The notes below the pieces were generated by a model. That model was given only the letters and a program-made list of their open reading frames with translations, searched no databases and was not told the DNA's origin. Shown one piece after another: positions 38,893-51,580 of a stretch of 64,000 nt of DNA. Position 1 is the first letter of the stretch. Every line of letters begins with the position of its first letter. The DNA is taken from positions 3,782,001 to 3,846,000 of the forward strand of contig CM052842.1 in the NCBI GenBank assembly GCA_028534125.1, in the 5' to 3' direction. The stretch is from Lama glama (taxonomy: Eukaryota). Position numbers and translations under genes: made by a program.

Positions 38893-40072
38893 GTGAGTAC
38901 GGTCCCACTGCTGTGATGGAACCAGGGCGAGTTTTGAAGGGTGTGTGGTCTGTCTCCATTGCGGGGAGCATCAGATGCAGCGTTTGGACCATGGGACGAG
39001 GCTGGAGGCCAGAGGCTCCAAGAAGGACCTCTTTCAAAGTTTAAAATGCATGTGATGAGGCACTGCGCATGCTGTTGTCTATGACCATAGGCATCAACAG
39101 GGCAGGACTATTTAAAGACTTAAAAAAAATGTGTGATCAGGTTGCACGGTGGTTGTCTGATGTTTTTAGAGGGTGGAGGGCCAGGGCAGGCCAACTGCGC
39201 CTTGCCAGCTCAGCAGGGTCAGCGTGTGTGGTGGGATCGGGTGTAGCGCAGACCTGGCTGAAGAGGGTCCTCCTCCTGGTTAGGAGGCAGGGGTGGGGAG
39301 AGCACTGTTGCTTCTCGCCACTGACAACCAGCAGGTAGAGGAAGAGGGCGGCACGAGTCATCAGCAGAGTCCTGGTCTCTGGGTCGAGGATCCAAGGTGT
39401 GGGGTTCAGGCCTGCTCAGTGCGGAGACATGGTGGGGAGCATGGGACTTTGATGGGTCCAGGGGTGCGTAAGTCAGGCCTGACCACTAGTCTCCTCCCGG
39501 CCCAGCCTTACTGCTTATTCACTTGCTAAAACTGGCACCCTTATTGAGAAGGCCACCCTCGTGGTGTGCTGCTCAGGCAGTCATTTCACTGGGCAGCGGG
39601 CAAACCAGTCTGGCCGGCTCACTGTGGTCACCATGGAAACTAGGGTGACCCGCTCATCCTGGTTTGCTGGGAACCTTCCTGATGGTCGCCCTGAAAATTC
39701 TGCCTCCTGGGAAACCCGTCATCCCCAGGCCCACTGGGCCTCCGGTCATCCTAGGAGCTCCGTCTTCCCGCTGGGCCGGGGACCGCCGCGTGGAGTCTGA
39801 CCCCTTAGCACGAGTGGTGCTGTTCCGTAGGAGCCACTGTGTGAGTCCTGTCACTGCTGCTGGGACGCTGCAGCCAGGGCCAGACTGGGCCACACTGGGT
39901 CATGAGGTGGACCCGTCCCCGGTGCAGAGCTGGCCTCAGAGGAGGGGGCCGCCTGTGGTGGCTCCCCAGAGAGGTTGAAGCTGAAAGATCCTCAAACACT
40001 TTTTCCAGAAAGTGATCCTACCAAAGCAGGAGAGTTGCCGGCGACTGGGAAGAGGAACTCTGCCCCCCTGGG

Positions 40073-40089
40073 AGGTCACTGGGAGGTCA
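40073..40089 (+). promoter_or_regulatory. Perfect DR5 nuclear-receptor motif AGGTCA-ctggg-AGGTCA (candidate RARE)
   Basis: The motif is exact; function is untested. Confidence 0.35.
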
Positions 40090-40395
40090 CTGGGAGGGAG
40101 GGCCCCCAGCACATCAGGGTGGCTGGGTTGAATGTTTGTCCCTTTCTATTTCCGTTGCCTTGAATGGAAAAGCCTCTGACTCTTTACAGGAAGCTCTCCT
40201 CCTGCCCCCCCGCCCCATGGCTGGGGGCCCACTGCCCCCCGGGTCTCCCCCCAGCGCCCCCTCCAGTACAGGAGAGGGCTGTTCTTCTGCTTTGTCCGTG
40301 AGTCAGGCCTTCGGGGTACAGAGGGGTTACACGGTTTCTGCATCTTCTTGAGTTGGCCCTGGACCTTGAGGAATGAACCGCATCTCCCTCTGCAG

Positions 40396-40467
40396 GGCCA
40401 GAAGGGCACCAAGGGAGAACACGGCAGCCCAGGACTCCCTGGCTTCCTGGGTCCCCGTGGGCCTCAG
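40396..40467 (+). CDS. COL22A1: COL22A1 exon, 72 nt: GQKGTKGEHGSPGLPGFLGPRGPQ
   Basis: ctccctctgcAG acceptor, CAG|GTAAGC donor. Confidence 0.95.
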
Positions 40468-41439
40468 GTAAGCAGAGCGTCCCGGTGGGGGCCACAGTGC
40501 CTGGCTCTGGGTGTGAGGGTCACGTTCAGCACGTTTCCTACCACCTCTTGCGTCCTCAGGCGCACCTGCTCTGCTTTGGGCGCTGCGACCTGGCATGCGG
40601 TCAGAGTCGCGTCGTGGTCTGGGGGACATGGGAGCGCGCTGACGAAAGCGTGAGCGCAGAGGTGACTCCTGCGCGGGGCGCTCGGCTCACCACCCCCGCG
40701 GCCCCTGCGCCTTGGCTTCCTCCCTAGTCAGGCGGGGGTGACGGCAGCGCCTGCCCGCGAGGACTGGCCCAGATGACTCCAGAGGGGGCAGCAGCGGCAC
40801 CCCGCCCACCGCTGGCACTCAGCGCCTGTAACCATGAGAGGTGGCCGTTGGGGGAGGGGGGCCCTAGAACTTCAGGGATCCTAGAAGTGGTCCTAAAGGA
40901 GACTGAGGCCGGGCCGGAGGGTCAGACCAAGGTGGTGGTTTATTCAAGGCCACATGGTCAGTTTCTGCTCCCACTGGTGCTGGCATCTAGCGCTCCTGAG
41001 TGACAGCTCGATGCAGAGAAGCTGGAGGCGGATGCTTGCCAGGTGTCCGGGCAGAGGGATGTGAAAGGACGCCCCACGTCCAGCTGGGCCCCCTGGTTTC
41101 TTCTGCACTGGCCTGCTGACCGGTGACGAGGGTTGTATGAAACACCCAAGAGTAGATGGTCTTCCCACGTTGCTGTCCTTCCCCCTCCGGCTGAACTCTT
41201 GTCTCTGAGGGGGACCCACGGCCAGGCCTGCACCGCCATCCAAGTGGTGACCCCTCCTCCCTTGTCCTCCTCGCAGCCTGAGCCCTCACGTGCTCTGTCC
41301 ACTGATCCTCACTTGAGCCTTATTCACTTGGCTGCCCCGCTGTTAAAGGCCCAAGTCCCCTCCTGTACCCCCGAGTAGTAATCTGTGCCTCCGGTCAGCA
41401 GGTGCCAACTCTTCTGCACTCAGTTACCCCTTAGTCACG

Positions 41440-41610
41440 ATGGTGGCAGGTCATCTGTCTGCACCATACAGCTACTAGTCCCATTTTAGAGTTGAAGAAA
41501 CTTAGGCACAGAAGGTGTAAAGAAGTTTTAAGGAGACTGTCCAAGGTCACAGATCCAGTAAGTGGAGGAGCCAAGATTTAACCCAGACAGGCGACTCCAG
41601 CGCCCAGTGT
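41440..41610 (-). mobile_element. MIR SINE fragment
   Basis: cccattttagagttgaagaaacttaggcacaga...gtccaaggtcacag...gatttaacccagacaggcgactccag. Confidence 0.7.
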
Positions 41611-41938
41611 CTTACTGGTCGTGAGCCTGCTTCTCAGAGGAGTCTCCTGCACAACTAGATAATCTGTAAAATGGACATCCCAGAGGCCGCCTGGTGGCGT
41701 CACAGCCATCCCGTTGGCGAGGAGCCAAGACTGGTGATTCTGCTTCCTCCCCGGGACCGTTGCTTGCCTTCCTCTGCCCAGGCTGAGCGAAGAGCCCCAT
41801 CTGAGAAACCCTTGGTGGGCCGCTGGCAGTTGTCTTTGCCGGAGCAGGACTTGAGTGAAGCGTCTGTTTCACAGACGGTCACGGGCTTGGGCTGTGCTGC
41901 CACAGCAGAGCTAACTGGGACCTTGTTCTGTTTCGCAG

Positions 41939-41974
41939 GGAGAGCCCGGGGAGAACGGAGTCCCGGGCAAGGAG
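41939..41974 (+). CDS. COL22A1: COL22A1 exon, 36 nt: GEPGENGVPGKE (GC donor)
   Basis: Branch GCTAAC, tttcgcAG acceptor; the frame requires the donor GAG|GCAAGT. Confidence 0.9.
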
Positions 41975-42189
41975 GCAAGTACCGCACCCCTCCTCCTCCG
42001 GGGCCCCTTTCCTCGGGGAGACACGGGGTCGCTGCACGGGCGGCGACACACGCGGGCTCGCGGGCCTCTCAGGACTCCCGCACTTGCCCCGTGTCCCGCC
42101 ATCGCTGTGCTGAAACCCCTAATGCTTTCTGAGGAAGGGTCCGCGCTTTATTTTGCATGAGGCCCACAGATCTTGAAGCCGGTCCCCCG

Positions 42190-42815
42190 TACCATCTGGA
42201 TATGTCTCTTTCACTTCTCTGTCTCTCTGCACCCGATCCTTCAACAAGTACGTCGCAGCTCTGTCCAGCTCCCCCCTTCTCTACCGCTGGGCCCTAACCT
42301 GGACCGCCATCATCTCTCACCCGGGCATTTGCAGTGACCTCCCATCCGGCTGCTTTGGTCCAGCCTTGCCCCTCTTCAGTCTTGCTCCACCCAGCACCCA
42401 TGGTGACCTCTGGTGTAGAACACACGTGAGGCCATGTCAGTTGCCAGTTCAGACCGGAGCTGTCAGCAGAGTCCAGGGTGCTCCGAGACCTCTCGCTTTC
42501 TCCGCGCCAGTCGCTCTGGCCTTCTGGGTCCTGAAACATGCCATGTTCTTTCCCAAGTGCTTTCACACACACTGGGCCCTGTTTCCAAAAAGCCCTTCCC
42601 CGGCTTCCCCACCCTTCCCACACCCATTCCTGCTCATCCTGAAGTCTGTGCTGAAATGTTGCCTTTGCCCGCTTTCCTTGACCGCCTTGAAACCAAGCAG
42701 ATACCCCAGTATCCTCTGTCCTCTCACCCTGCTCTGTTCTCCTGTGGCCCAGGTGCCTGGGACAGAGCAGATTCAAGACTCCGATAAATTATGAACACAA
42801 GAGTGAATGAATGCA
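42190..42815 (+). mobile_element. L2 3' fragment
   Basis: caccatcatctctcacc-type tract ending ...gtgcctgggacagagcag...gtgaatgaatg. Confidence 0.55.
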
Positions 42816-43154
42816 GAGGAAATAACCCAGAGGCTGTGTCTGTGAGCTCTGTGCAAACTGGCTTGTCTCCTTCAAAGTCCGCACCCTCCCTCCTGAATGA
42901 GGAAGACCCGTTTTCACTCTGCACCATGGCTGGTGCCGGCGGTCCAGGGTGGGCCTTGGCCGGAGGAGAGGAGATGGAGGGAAGTGGGTCAGGCCTGCAG
43001 TTTCTGCACAACTGGAGAGGACTCCCGGACGACCCACCTTCTCCAGGACCCCTTGTCCTTAGCACACAGCGGCCTGCAGAACCGGGAAGGGCAGAGGTGC
43101 CCAGGCAGGTGGGATGGCTGGTTGAGTGACCACCCTCCCTCGGTTTCATTGCAG

Positions 43155-43199
43155 GGGGCCCCTGGGAAGCCTGGAGAGCCAGGACCCAAAGGAGAAAGG
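43155..43199 (+). CDS. COL22A1: COL22A1 exon, 45 nt: GAPGKPGEPGPKGER
   Basis: tttcattgcAG acceptor, AGG|GTAAGT donor. Confidence 0.95.
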
Positions 43200-45472
43200 G
43201 TAAGTGGGGTCGTGGTCACCTTCCACGGTGGCAAGGGGACTGTGTCCAAAGCTTTAGGAAGCAGCCTGGCGTGGAGAGCTGGCTCTGTGGTGGCTTCTGT
43301 GTTCAGCGTCCTCCGAAAATCATGAGCGGAGGGAGGTTCCCCCCGATGTCGTCGCAGTTGGAGTTGTTGGTTTTCCCCCTTTTTTTTTTGGGGTTATTTT
43401 AAGGAGTAAAATCATCGCAATTACAAATTCAAAGGCGAGTGCTTCCAGACTTTGACAGATTCCTCTCTCCTTCCCTCTGTGTGTGAAAGCTTGTGCGCGG
43501 CGTGCTCAGAGCCCAAGGTGCCAATTTGCCAGGAGCCAGATTTGTCCCCGGAGGTGACAAGGCAACAGATTTTCCCATAATGAATCTCCCTGGCGCTGTG
43601 CTCTAAAGGCCTTTCTTTACACTGTATTCCTCCAAAAAACACCTTTTTTTTCAGAAACACCAGTGCGGGGAGGGGGCCTTCTCCCACTCCTGACACCTGC
43701 TGCTCCTTTCAGAGAAACTAAACATCTCGTTCACCCACAGCCCTCCATTTGGTCCGCGGTCACACTGTCCCACTTTGCATGACACGGACGGCGCCGTCAC
43801 CCCACACTCGCCCTCGGCTCGTTTTTTGTGGTCCTGCGAAGACTGTCTCTGCTTTCCTTGCAAGCTGGTTGAGTGAGGAGCTGGTTTCCCCTACGAGCTA
43901 GGAACAGAAAAATAGAAGCAGAGAGCGTCAGGGAGTCTCACCCCCTCTTGACCTCTCTCCCTCCTTCCTTCCCGGTGACTTCGGGCACCAGGGCTGCTGG
44001 TTCCTGAGGATGGAGCGGGAGTGGGTAGGGGGCTGCAGCTGAGAAGGCACTGAGGGTCCTGCCGCCCAGGGGCTTGCGGCCGCCCATGGAGCCACTGCGT
44101 GCGGGGAGCGGCTTGAGTATTGACGGGGAGCCAGGGCACTCAGACCACAAATATGAATCTTCTCTAATACCTAATCAGTGAATGGAGTCTTCTCTGATGC
44201 CGAGTTAGTGACAGAGAGCTGCCCTGCCCTGGATAAGCGGCGCCGTGGAGCGCTGCCAGGCAGCGCTCCGGGGAACGTGTGAAGCAGGAGACAGGCCCTC
44301 TCGCTGCCACGGGAGGCCGAGGGCTTGGATGAGCCAGGAGGTGCCGCACCACAGTCCTGGGCACTGAGGCGCACAGAGCGCCCGGACTCCCGCGGACCCC
44401 AGCCTTGAGGTCACCTGCGAACGACAACAGCGTCCCCGTGAGACGCATCACCTTGTGGAGACCCAGGTGCCCCCTCAGATCAGGCTAAATTCTCTTTGTA
44501 ATTCACTGTTCTGTTGGTTGAACAAAAGCAGCGTGGAGACATAGTCACACAAGGCAAATCGCGGAGCAGACACTGCAGCGAGGAGGAGCTGCCCCTTCCA
44601 CCGTGGCCCTGGCCCCGGCCCCTCGGGTCCAGGTCCGTCACCGTGCGCGTGCTCGGCGTCCTCCCCGGGACTGTGCGCGCGGGCCTGCACGGGCCTCCGC
44701 TCACCCCCAGGACGTAGCAGCCTCTGCCCGCTGTTTGGCTCTTCCCGTTTTCACGTGTGTCTGTCCCAGGTGGCTTCATAACTGCGCCGGCCTCCTCCTC
44801 ATGTCCACCATTGTGGCGGCCCATGTCCTGTTGCCATCTGTTGCTCTTCTTTTTCTCCCGGTTCCTCCCTCTCTGCTGCTCCCTGCAGTGGAGCTTTTAC
44901 ACCCTGAGGCCGTTCACGTGGCCTTTGTCCTTTCAGACTCTCCGACAACTGAGGCTTGCTGGTCAGATACACAGTGGCACATGGGGCAGAGGACCGGATG
45001 TCCCGTGGTTGCCATGGTTCCCAGATCATTGATCCAGGGCTTCAGTGTCTGGGCCAGAGATGGAGGGAAAGAGGCCCAGGCAGTGTCCGTCCTCCCCGGG
45101 TCCCCTAGAGCTGCGAGAGGTGGGGGGGCGATTACTGAAAGTGAGACACTTGGGTCTGACGACTGCCACTGGCCCTCCAGCGGACAGGGGACAGAATCGG
45201 GCCAGAACCGGGCCAGAGGCTCCAGTGTTGGTCTCGGAGGCTGGCCTCTGTAGCCAGTGCAGGAGCTGCACCGCTGGGACGGAGCACGGGGTTGGGACTT
45301 GGAGATCAGAGCTCCCGTCTTGTCCTCTGCAGACTGCCGCCAGGACTGAGGGTTCCTTTCCAGGCCTGCCGGAGGCCGAGGACCGGGGAATGCCTCCTGC
45401 ATCTGCAAGTCTTGTCTGGCCTGGGAGCACCTTCCAGTCCTTTGCTTACTGACACGTTGTTTTCCCCTCTAG

Positions 45473-45652
45473 GGAGATCCTGGCATCAAAGGTGACAAAG
45501 GACCTCCTGGTGGGAAGGGCCAGCCTGGGGACCCTGGAATCCCAGGCCACAAAGGTTATACAGGCCCAATGGGCCCCCCAGGGCCACCTGGGGAGAACGG
45601 GCCAGTCGGGCCTCCGGGGCCTCCGGGCCAGCCAGGATTTCCCGGACTGAGG
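45473..45652 (+). CDS. COL22A1: COL22A1 exon, 180 nt, 20 Gly-X-Y triplets: [60 protein letters not shown]
   Basis: Branch TACTGAC, ttcccctctAG acceptor, uninterrupted Gly-X-Y, GTAAGG donor. Confidence 0.96.
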
Positions 45653-47218
45653 GTAAGGACACTGGTGATGCCTCAAACATGGGGCTCCCCGTTTACTTCT
45701 CTCTGAGCCTGCCCTTCCGTGTCTGCCCAGAGGGGTGAGGATAGCCTCCTCCTGACAGGTGTGTTGAGGTGGTTAAGTAAAAAACGCGTGTGTGGCGTAA
45801 GAAGCTTCTGAAGAGTAGAGCCTGTCTCCTGCTCCGCCCTTGGCCACTGGGCTCTCCTGCCCAGGGGCCCCGTGCGACAGGCTCCCGAGAAGATGCCAGC
45901 GGCTCTCTGCGACCGACCTGCCTCCGTCCGATGCCTGGCTCTGCCTCTCTCCTCTCTGCCTGTCCATAGCACACGTTCTTCCCTCTGAGTCTTGCTTTTC
46001 CCAAAAGTAAAAGGAAAGGTTTATTTAGAGCAGTTTTTTTTCTTCGAACACATTTTATTCTAGTGGCAGAACTCTTACTTTGCACAGACTGCTAACATCG
46101 GCATGCGTTAGCTGTAGAGAGAAAAAAGCAGAGCTCAGTGGAAGTGCCGGTGGGGGCTGGTTGCCAGGTCCGTGTGATCCTACCTCCCCTCTCTGTGACC
46201 CATGTGGTCTTCTGGGGACCCTCACATCCCTCAGAGCACAGGCTTAGTGACCTCCGGTGCCCCGCTGGCTCTGTGGTCCTGTCACTTCCCAGGGACCATG
46301 GTCAGCTGGAGTTTCAGCTGCCCTGGAAGAGGCCGGGCAGCCAGATCCCATCTCTCAGCCAGGTGTGGGGTGCCGGAGATGGGGGGCTTCCACAGCCCCA
46401 TCCCCTCTGTGCTGAGTCTTTGTCGAGTTCTCCTGTTCCTGCGGCTGCGGGTAGCCATGGGCATTCCAGGACTAACATAAAAGATTAGTAGCCAGAAAAG
46501 AAAAAGAATAAGGAAACGGAATCCATCTCATGTGGTGGCAGGTGCCAGGGCTGCCCAGATGGGCACAGGAAGAGCTGCACCCTTGGGATGGACTCTGCCA
46601 GGATGGAGTCTGAGGATGAGGGAGGAGCCCTCTCTCTCCTGCGGGCTGTTCTCACGGGTCCTTCTAAGGAGCCCACGTGACCGTGGGAGCCCAGAGGCAG
46701 CACTCGGCTTCTGTGACCCGCAGCCTCCTCTGCTTCTGTGACCTGAGCCCCAGGAATGTGTCAGACACCTGCACAGAGCCAACGTGTACAGAGCAGGGAA
46801 AGCCAGACCCTGGGGTCCAGAGCGGCCAAGTGGCCAGAGGGAGGCAATCAAACACAGTTCAGTGCAGGAGGCCACCTGGGAGCTGGTCCTGCAGGTCCCC
46901 AGGACTTTGGCGGGGAGAGCGTCAGAGCGGGCCTCCGGTCCAGTGCTGGGAAAGAGCTTTGTGGGGAAGGAGACCCAGCTGAGAAGTGGGAGGCGTGGAG
47001 GGGAGGGAGACGCGGCAGGGGCCTCAGGAGCCCGGAGTCCAGGGCATCATCCAAGACTGGAGATGCTGCCTGTGCGAGGGGGTGAGAGGAGGCGACTCCG
47101 GATGTCACAGGGACTGCACGAGGGAGATGTGACCCCCCCTTGTCTCCTGAGCCATCAGGGGTCTCAGGGTGCAGGAGCTCCTGGAAAGATAAATGAACTC
47201 CACCTTCCTCCCTCCTAG

Positions 47219-47285
47219 GGGGAGTCTCCATCCATGGACATCCTGCGGCGGCTCATCAGAGAAGAACTTGAGAAACAGCTGGAAA
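47219..47285 (+). CDS. COL22A1: COL22A1 exon, 67 nt, NC2 helix: GESPSMDILRRLIREELEKQLE(T)
   Basis: cctccctcctAG acceptor, phase-1 GTGAGT donor; amphipathic helical NC2 typical of FACITs. Confidence 0.94.
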
Positions 47286-47959
47286 GTGAGTAGATTGGGT
47301 CCTGGGTGCGCCTAGCCCCAGGAAGCAGTCCTTTCACTGGTCCTTCAGCACTTCTGCGGCCTCAGAGCGGCTCGTGCAGAAACCAGGATTGCAGGGCAGC
47401 GGGCAGGCTCTGGTCAGCTCCACGCTTGTCTTTGGGGAAGCTGGAATTGCCTCTGCTTGATTACCTCTAGGAAGGAGAGCTCACCACCTACAGAACCAGC
47501 TTTGAGCGTTCATTTTTTTTTCTGGGCATTCGGTTGTTTATCTAATCAGCGAGTCACTTTGGCAGGCCTGGGATGAGCCTCACAGAGCTCACAGCCCCGG
47601 AGAGGAGACGGAAACGCAAGCAGACAAGATGACTTCGGTACAATGGGAACACGTCTGCGATTTAATTTGGCACAGAGGGTGTTGAAAGAGGACAGATGAA
47701 AGTACCTAAGATAGCTTTGACGGTGGGGAGCAGGTGAAGGAAGGCTTCCTGGAGGAGGGGCCGTGTGGGCTGAAAGCAGGGATGAGACCCCAGTCCTTTG
47801 GAACAGCACGTGCAAAGACCCTGAGGGGAGCCAGAACACGCAGAGCTTTCGAGGAACTAGAATCCTTTTAATCCTTCTGGCTGGATTTGCTGCTGAACCC
47901 CAGTCTTGCACGAGCCCGGTTCATGGCAGGTGCTCGGGAAGAGAGCAGTGGGAAGGCAG

Positions 47960-48170
47960 TAGTAGTAACGCCAGCGTGCAGGGCTTGCCGTACTCAGGTG
48001 GGGCTGTCGGCGCTCACACGGCTCGCAGAAGCCTCCGTGAGCCTGTGAGGCGTGTACGACGGTCAGGCGCAGAGATGCTAAGTAACTTACCCCAGGACGA
48101 GAAGGAGGTGAGTGACCAGGGTTTACATGCAGGCAGCCTCACTATAGAATCCAGGCTCTTAACCACCCCG
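47960..48170 (-). mobile_element. MIR SINE
   Basis: aggcgcagagatgctaagtaacttacccagg...atccaggctcttaaccac. Confidence 0.6.
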
Positions 48171-49745
48171 TTCTCTTGACTAGTATCCACTCCCACTCCC
48201 CTCTGTGGTGGAAACTGTTAAGAGAAGAAAGTCGCAGACAGCCCTGTGGGAGGAAGGATGCGAAACCCACAGCCACCCCCAGCACAGATGGACAAGAGAG
48301 AAGGACCCATTAATCACAGGGTCGTGTTCAGACAGTTACTTGGCACCCGCCATGTGCCCGACTCTAAGCTGGGCGTGTGGATGCAGTGCTGAGCACGATG
48401 ACCCTCGTCCCTGCTGTTTTGGGGTGTCCAGGCGAGCGTGGTCTGTCTCCACACACGGGAGAACCGAAGACCGTTCCTCTGAGCAGAGGGCACAGAGCCG
48501 GGCTCGGCGGGGAGGGAGGGGACGAAAGGAAGGAAACCAAAGGCTGGGGTGGCGGCCCCCACTGTGCGGGGCGTGTCCCGGGGTCTCCTGCGTGGGAATC
48601 TCCACCTTCTGCTTTTGGGGGTTTGACTTACTGGGGACAAAAAAGGTCTCCGCCCTGAGGCGTGTCCACCCTTGGGCACAGACGAGCCCTGTTTTGAGCC
48701 AGTTTGGACAAAGCGCCTGCTGGACCAAGTCGTTTCTTCCAAATGGCCTTCTGAGGAGGAAGCGTCGGCTCCACTTTAAAGATGGGAACATCAAGACTCA
48801 GAGGAGTTAAGGAGTTTTCCCAGGTCTCAGAGCCGGACCGGCGCCCTCGGGCTTCCTGGCGTGGCGGGACAGGGCGGGGGCTGCCTTGGGGAGCCCGTCG
48901 GCCGGGCAGTCCGAAGACCGCCACCCGGCCCTGGTTTTACCAAGACCCCGGGGGTGTCGCCCTGCCTCTCCGGCTGGGTCAGACCACCTGCAAGATGAAG
49001 GGCTTGGCCTGCTTGCTGGACTGTATGCAAACAGAGAAAAGCTCTTGGTGGCCATCGGGTGGGCACTGCGTCCCCAGTGCAGCAGAGAGGCGGCCGGCCA
49101 TTGGACCTCTGGGTTTTTGAGCCAGTTCTGTGATCGTAGCATGTTAGACACCAAAGGATCGTTAATGACATCATCCCCAGCCTTTCCTCTGTGGGTGAGG
49201 AATTCAGCACTTCCAAAGGGAAAGTCGCTAAATAGCTTTGGGTAAGCCACTTAAGTCCCACCCCCAGCGACCTCAGCTTCCTCAGATTGACAGTGACAGC
49301 CACTCCTGCTGCTGGTGCCCCTGTCAGAGCTGCCGTCCTGCCTGGATGGTCGCAGCGATGTCCCCGGGCACTCACCTTGTGCCGGGCACAGTTTTAGCAC
49401 CTTGTCTCATCTGTTCCGTCTTCCCCCCGACCCAGCGGGGTAGGTGCTCCCTCCCTGCCTCCGTCTTGCAGAAGAGGCAGCAGAGGCTACGAGGTCGAGT
49501 AGCGGTGGCTGCACTGGGACCCAGCGCAGGCAGCCTGGCCCGGGAAGCAGTGCCCGTGAGCAGCGCCCGAGTCCGCCCCAGGCCAGAGGGCGCGGGCCGC
49601 GCAGCGTGCTGTCCGCGGGGTCTTTGTTGCTGTTGTCTAGTGGCCGTTACTGTCTCCTCGGTCTGAGCTCTGCAGCGAGTCGTCGTCCTGCCTTTGGCCC
49701 TTTATCCCTCCTTGGTGAAATGCCTCTGTTTTTCCTACTCCACAG

Positions 49746-49928
49746 CCAAACTCGCCTACCTCCTGGCCCAGATGCCCTCCGCGCACGTGAAGGCCACCCA
49801 AGGCCGACCCGGGCCCCCCGGGCCGCCTGGAAAAGATGGGCTTCCAGGTCGGGCAGGCCCCATGGGGGAGCCAGGACAGCCTGGGCAAGGGGGTCTGGAA
49901 GGACCCTCTGGACCCATGGGTCCCAAAG
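49746..49928 (+). CDS. COL22A1: COL22A1 exon, 183 nt: (T)[60 protein letters not shown](G)
   Basis: ctactccacAG acceptor, phase 1/1, AAG|GTGAGT donor. Confidence 0.96.
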
Positions 49929-51289
49929 GTGAGTGAGGACCCGGAAGATGTGCCTGGTAGACGACTCGGGGGCAGAGGAGGAGCCAGGGTGTGTGGCGCT
50001 CGCTCCAGCTGCACATGCATAATTCATGCCCTTCTCATCCCCGGCAGCTTGGTAACACCCTGAGTTTTGGCATCATGTAATTTTTTCATATGCGTAGAGG
50101 TTTTCATACTTGACATTTCTGTAAAATTATGCTTCTGCCAGGAGGATTGAATCGGTTCACTCCTACTTCCTTGTTCTCTCTCCATCTCCGTTGTCAAGTT
50201 TCAGAGGGTAACGCAAAATGCCCTCTTCTCTTGAGTTTGGGAGTAACTGATGAATAAGACCATCTCCAGGCAAATGGGCATTAAAAGCCAGCTTTACATT
50301 TGAATAAAGTGGTTTGAGCTAAAGCTGGAAATGGTCACTAGCTGTCCAGCTCTCAGGTAGGGCCCTTAGCTGGGCACGGCTGCTCTGGACAGCAGAGGGC
50401 CCCCCCTGCGAGGGCCAGCGCCTGCCCTGCGTAACATAGCCCACAGGTGCAAGCAGGCCAGAAGGCAGTCTCTTTGCAGGCTGACAGCTGTGAAAGGGCG
50501 GGGAAGGACCTGACCCCAAACTCATCCACCTGGTAATTCACTCCTTCTCTCTGTCGAGAGAAAAGCATGGGGCAGGGAAGGAAGCAGTGGTCTGATTTAG
50601 CTGCCACTTGGTGACTGGCGTTTGGGGAAATGCATGCCGGTAACATCTTCCTCCTCCAATCTTCCTGTCTTAATTCTTCATTCACTGACTTACTCCTCGT
50701 CATGCGTCTTCTAATGGCTGTTTAAGTTTGTGTCCAAGTCCTGCTTCTGTTGGTTAGTAAGGCGAAATACGCGAACTAAACGTCAGCAAGGGAGCATAAT
50801 GCACAGAAAACATCGGGCTGTGACTGACTGATTGTAGTCATTACAATGGTGAATAAGAATGGCCTAAAGTCTCCATAAACTAGCAGCATTTCAATCTGGA
50901 TTCTAAAAGAAAACGCAGTATGTTGCATACAAGAGGTATCCTGGAAACAACATAGCAAAAAAAAAAAAAAAAAGAATGGTGAAAAAAATAGTTGCGAGGG
51001 ACACTTCGATCAAATCTGTATAGCGTTAACCACAACACAATCTCAGACACCCTTCCGGAAGGAACGGGCCCGCTCTCTGCTGCATCTCTGTTGTGGCGTT
51101 GAATTCCTGTGATCATCAGTGCTTACGCAAGTCTGCTTCACGTCAGAGTGTTCCCTGCCCCACTGCAGCTGCCTCACTAGAATTCAAGCTTCTTGAGAGC
51201 AGAGTCTTATGCAAATGCAAAATTGTGTATCACCCAGCTCCTTCCTGAGAAAGGCTCGTAAAATGCTCTGAGGACACCGTCCTGCAGGC

Positions 51290-51580
51290 GAGTGAGTGGA
51301 TGTGTGTGGCCATGGGGGTGTGTGTAGGAGAGAGTGTGGGCGTGTCTGGTGTGTTTACGAGGGTGTGCGTGTACGTGTGAGTGTGCGTGTGTGCGTGTGC
51401 AGTCGGGTCGTTGTACCCGGGAGCACATGTTTACACGTCCCCACGTGTAATTGAACGTGTTTTGGAGGGAGTGGCCATGCATTCTGGCGTCCCGTGGGCT
51501 GCTTCTGAACGCAAGTGGGTGCTCGAGTGAGTGGCGTGAACGAGTGTGTGAACAGGACCAGGGTGCGAGTGTGTGTGGGC
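51290..51580. repeat. Degenerate (GT)n-rich tract
   Basis: gtgtgcgtgtacgtgtgagtgtgcgtgtgtgcgtgtg... Confidence 0.75.
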
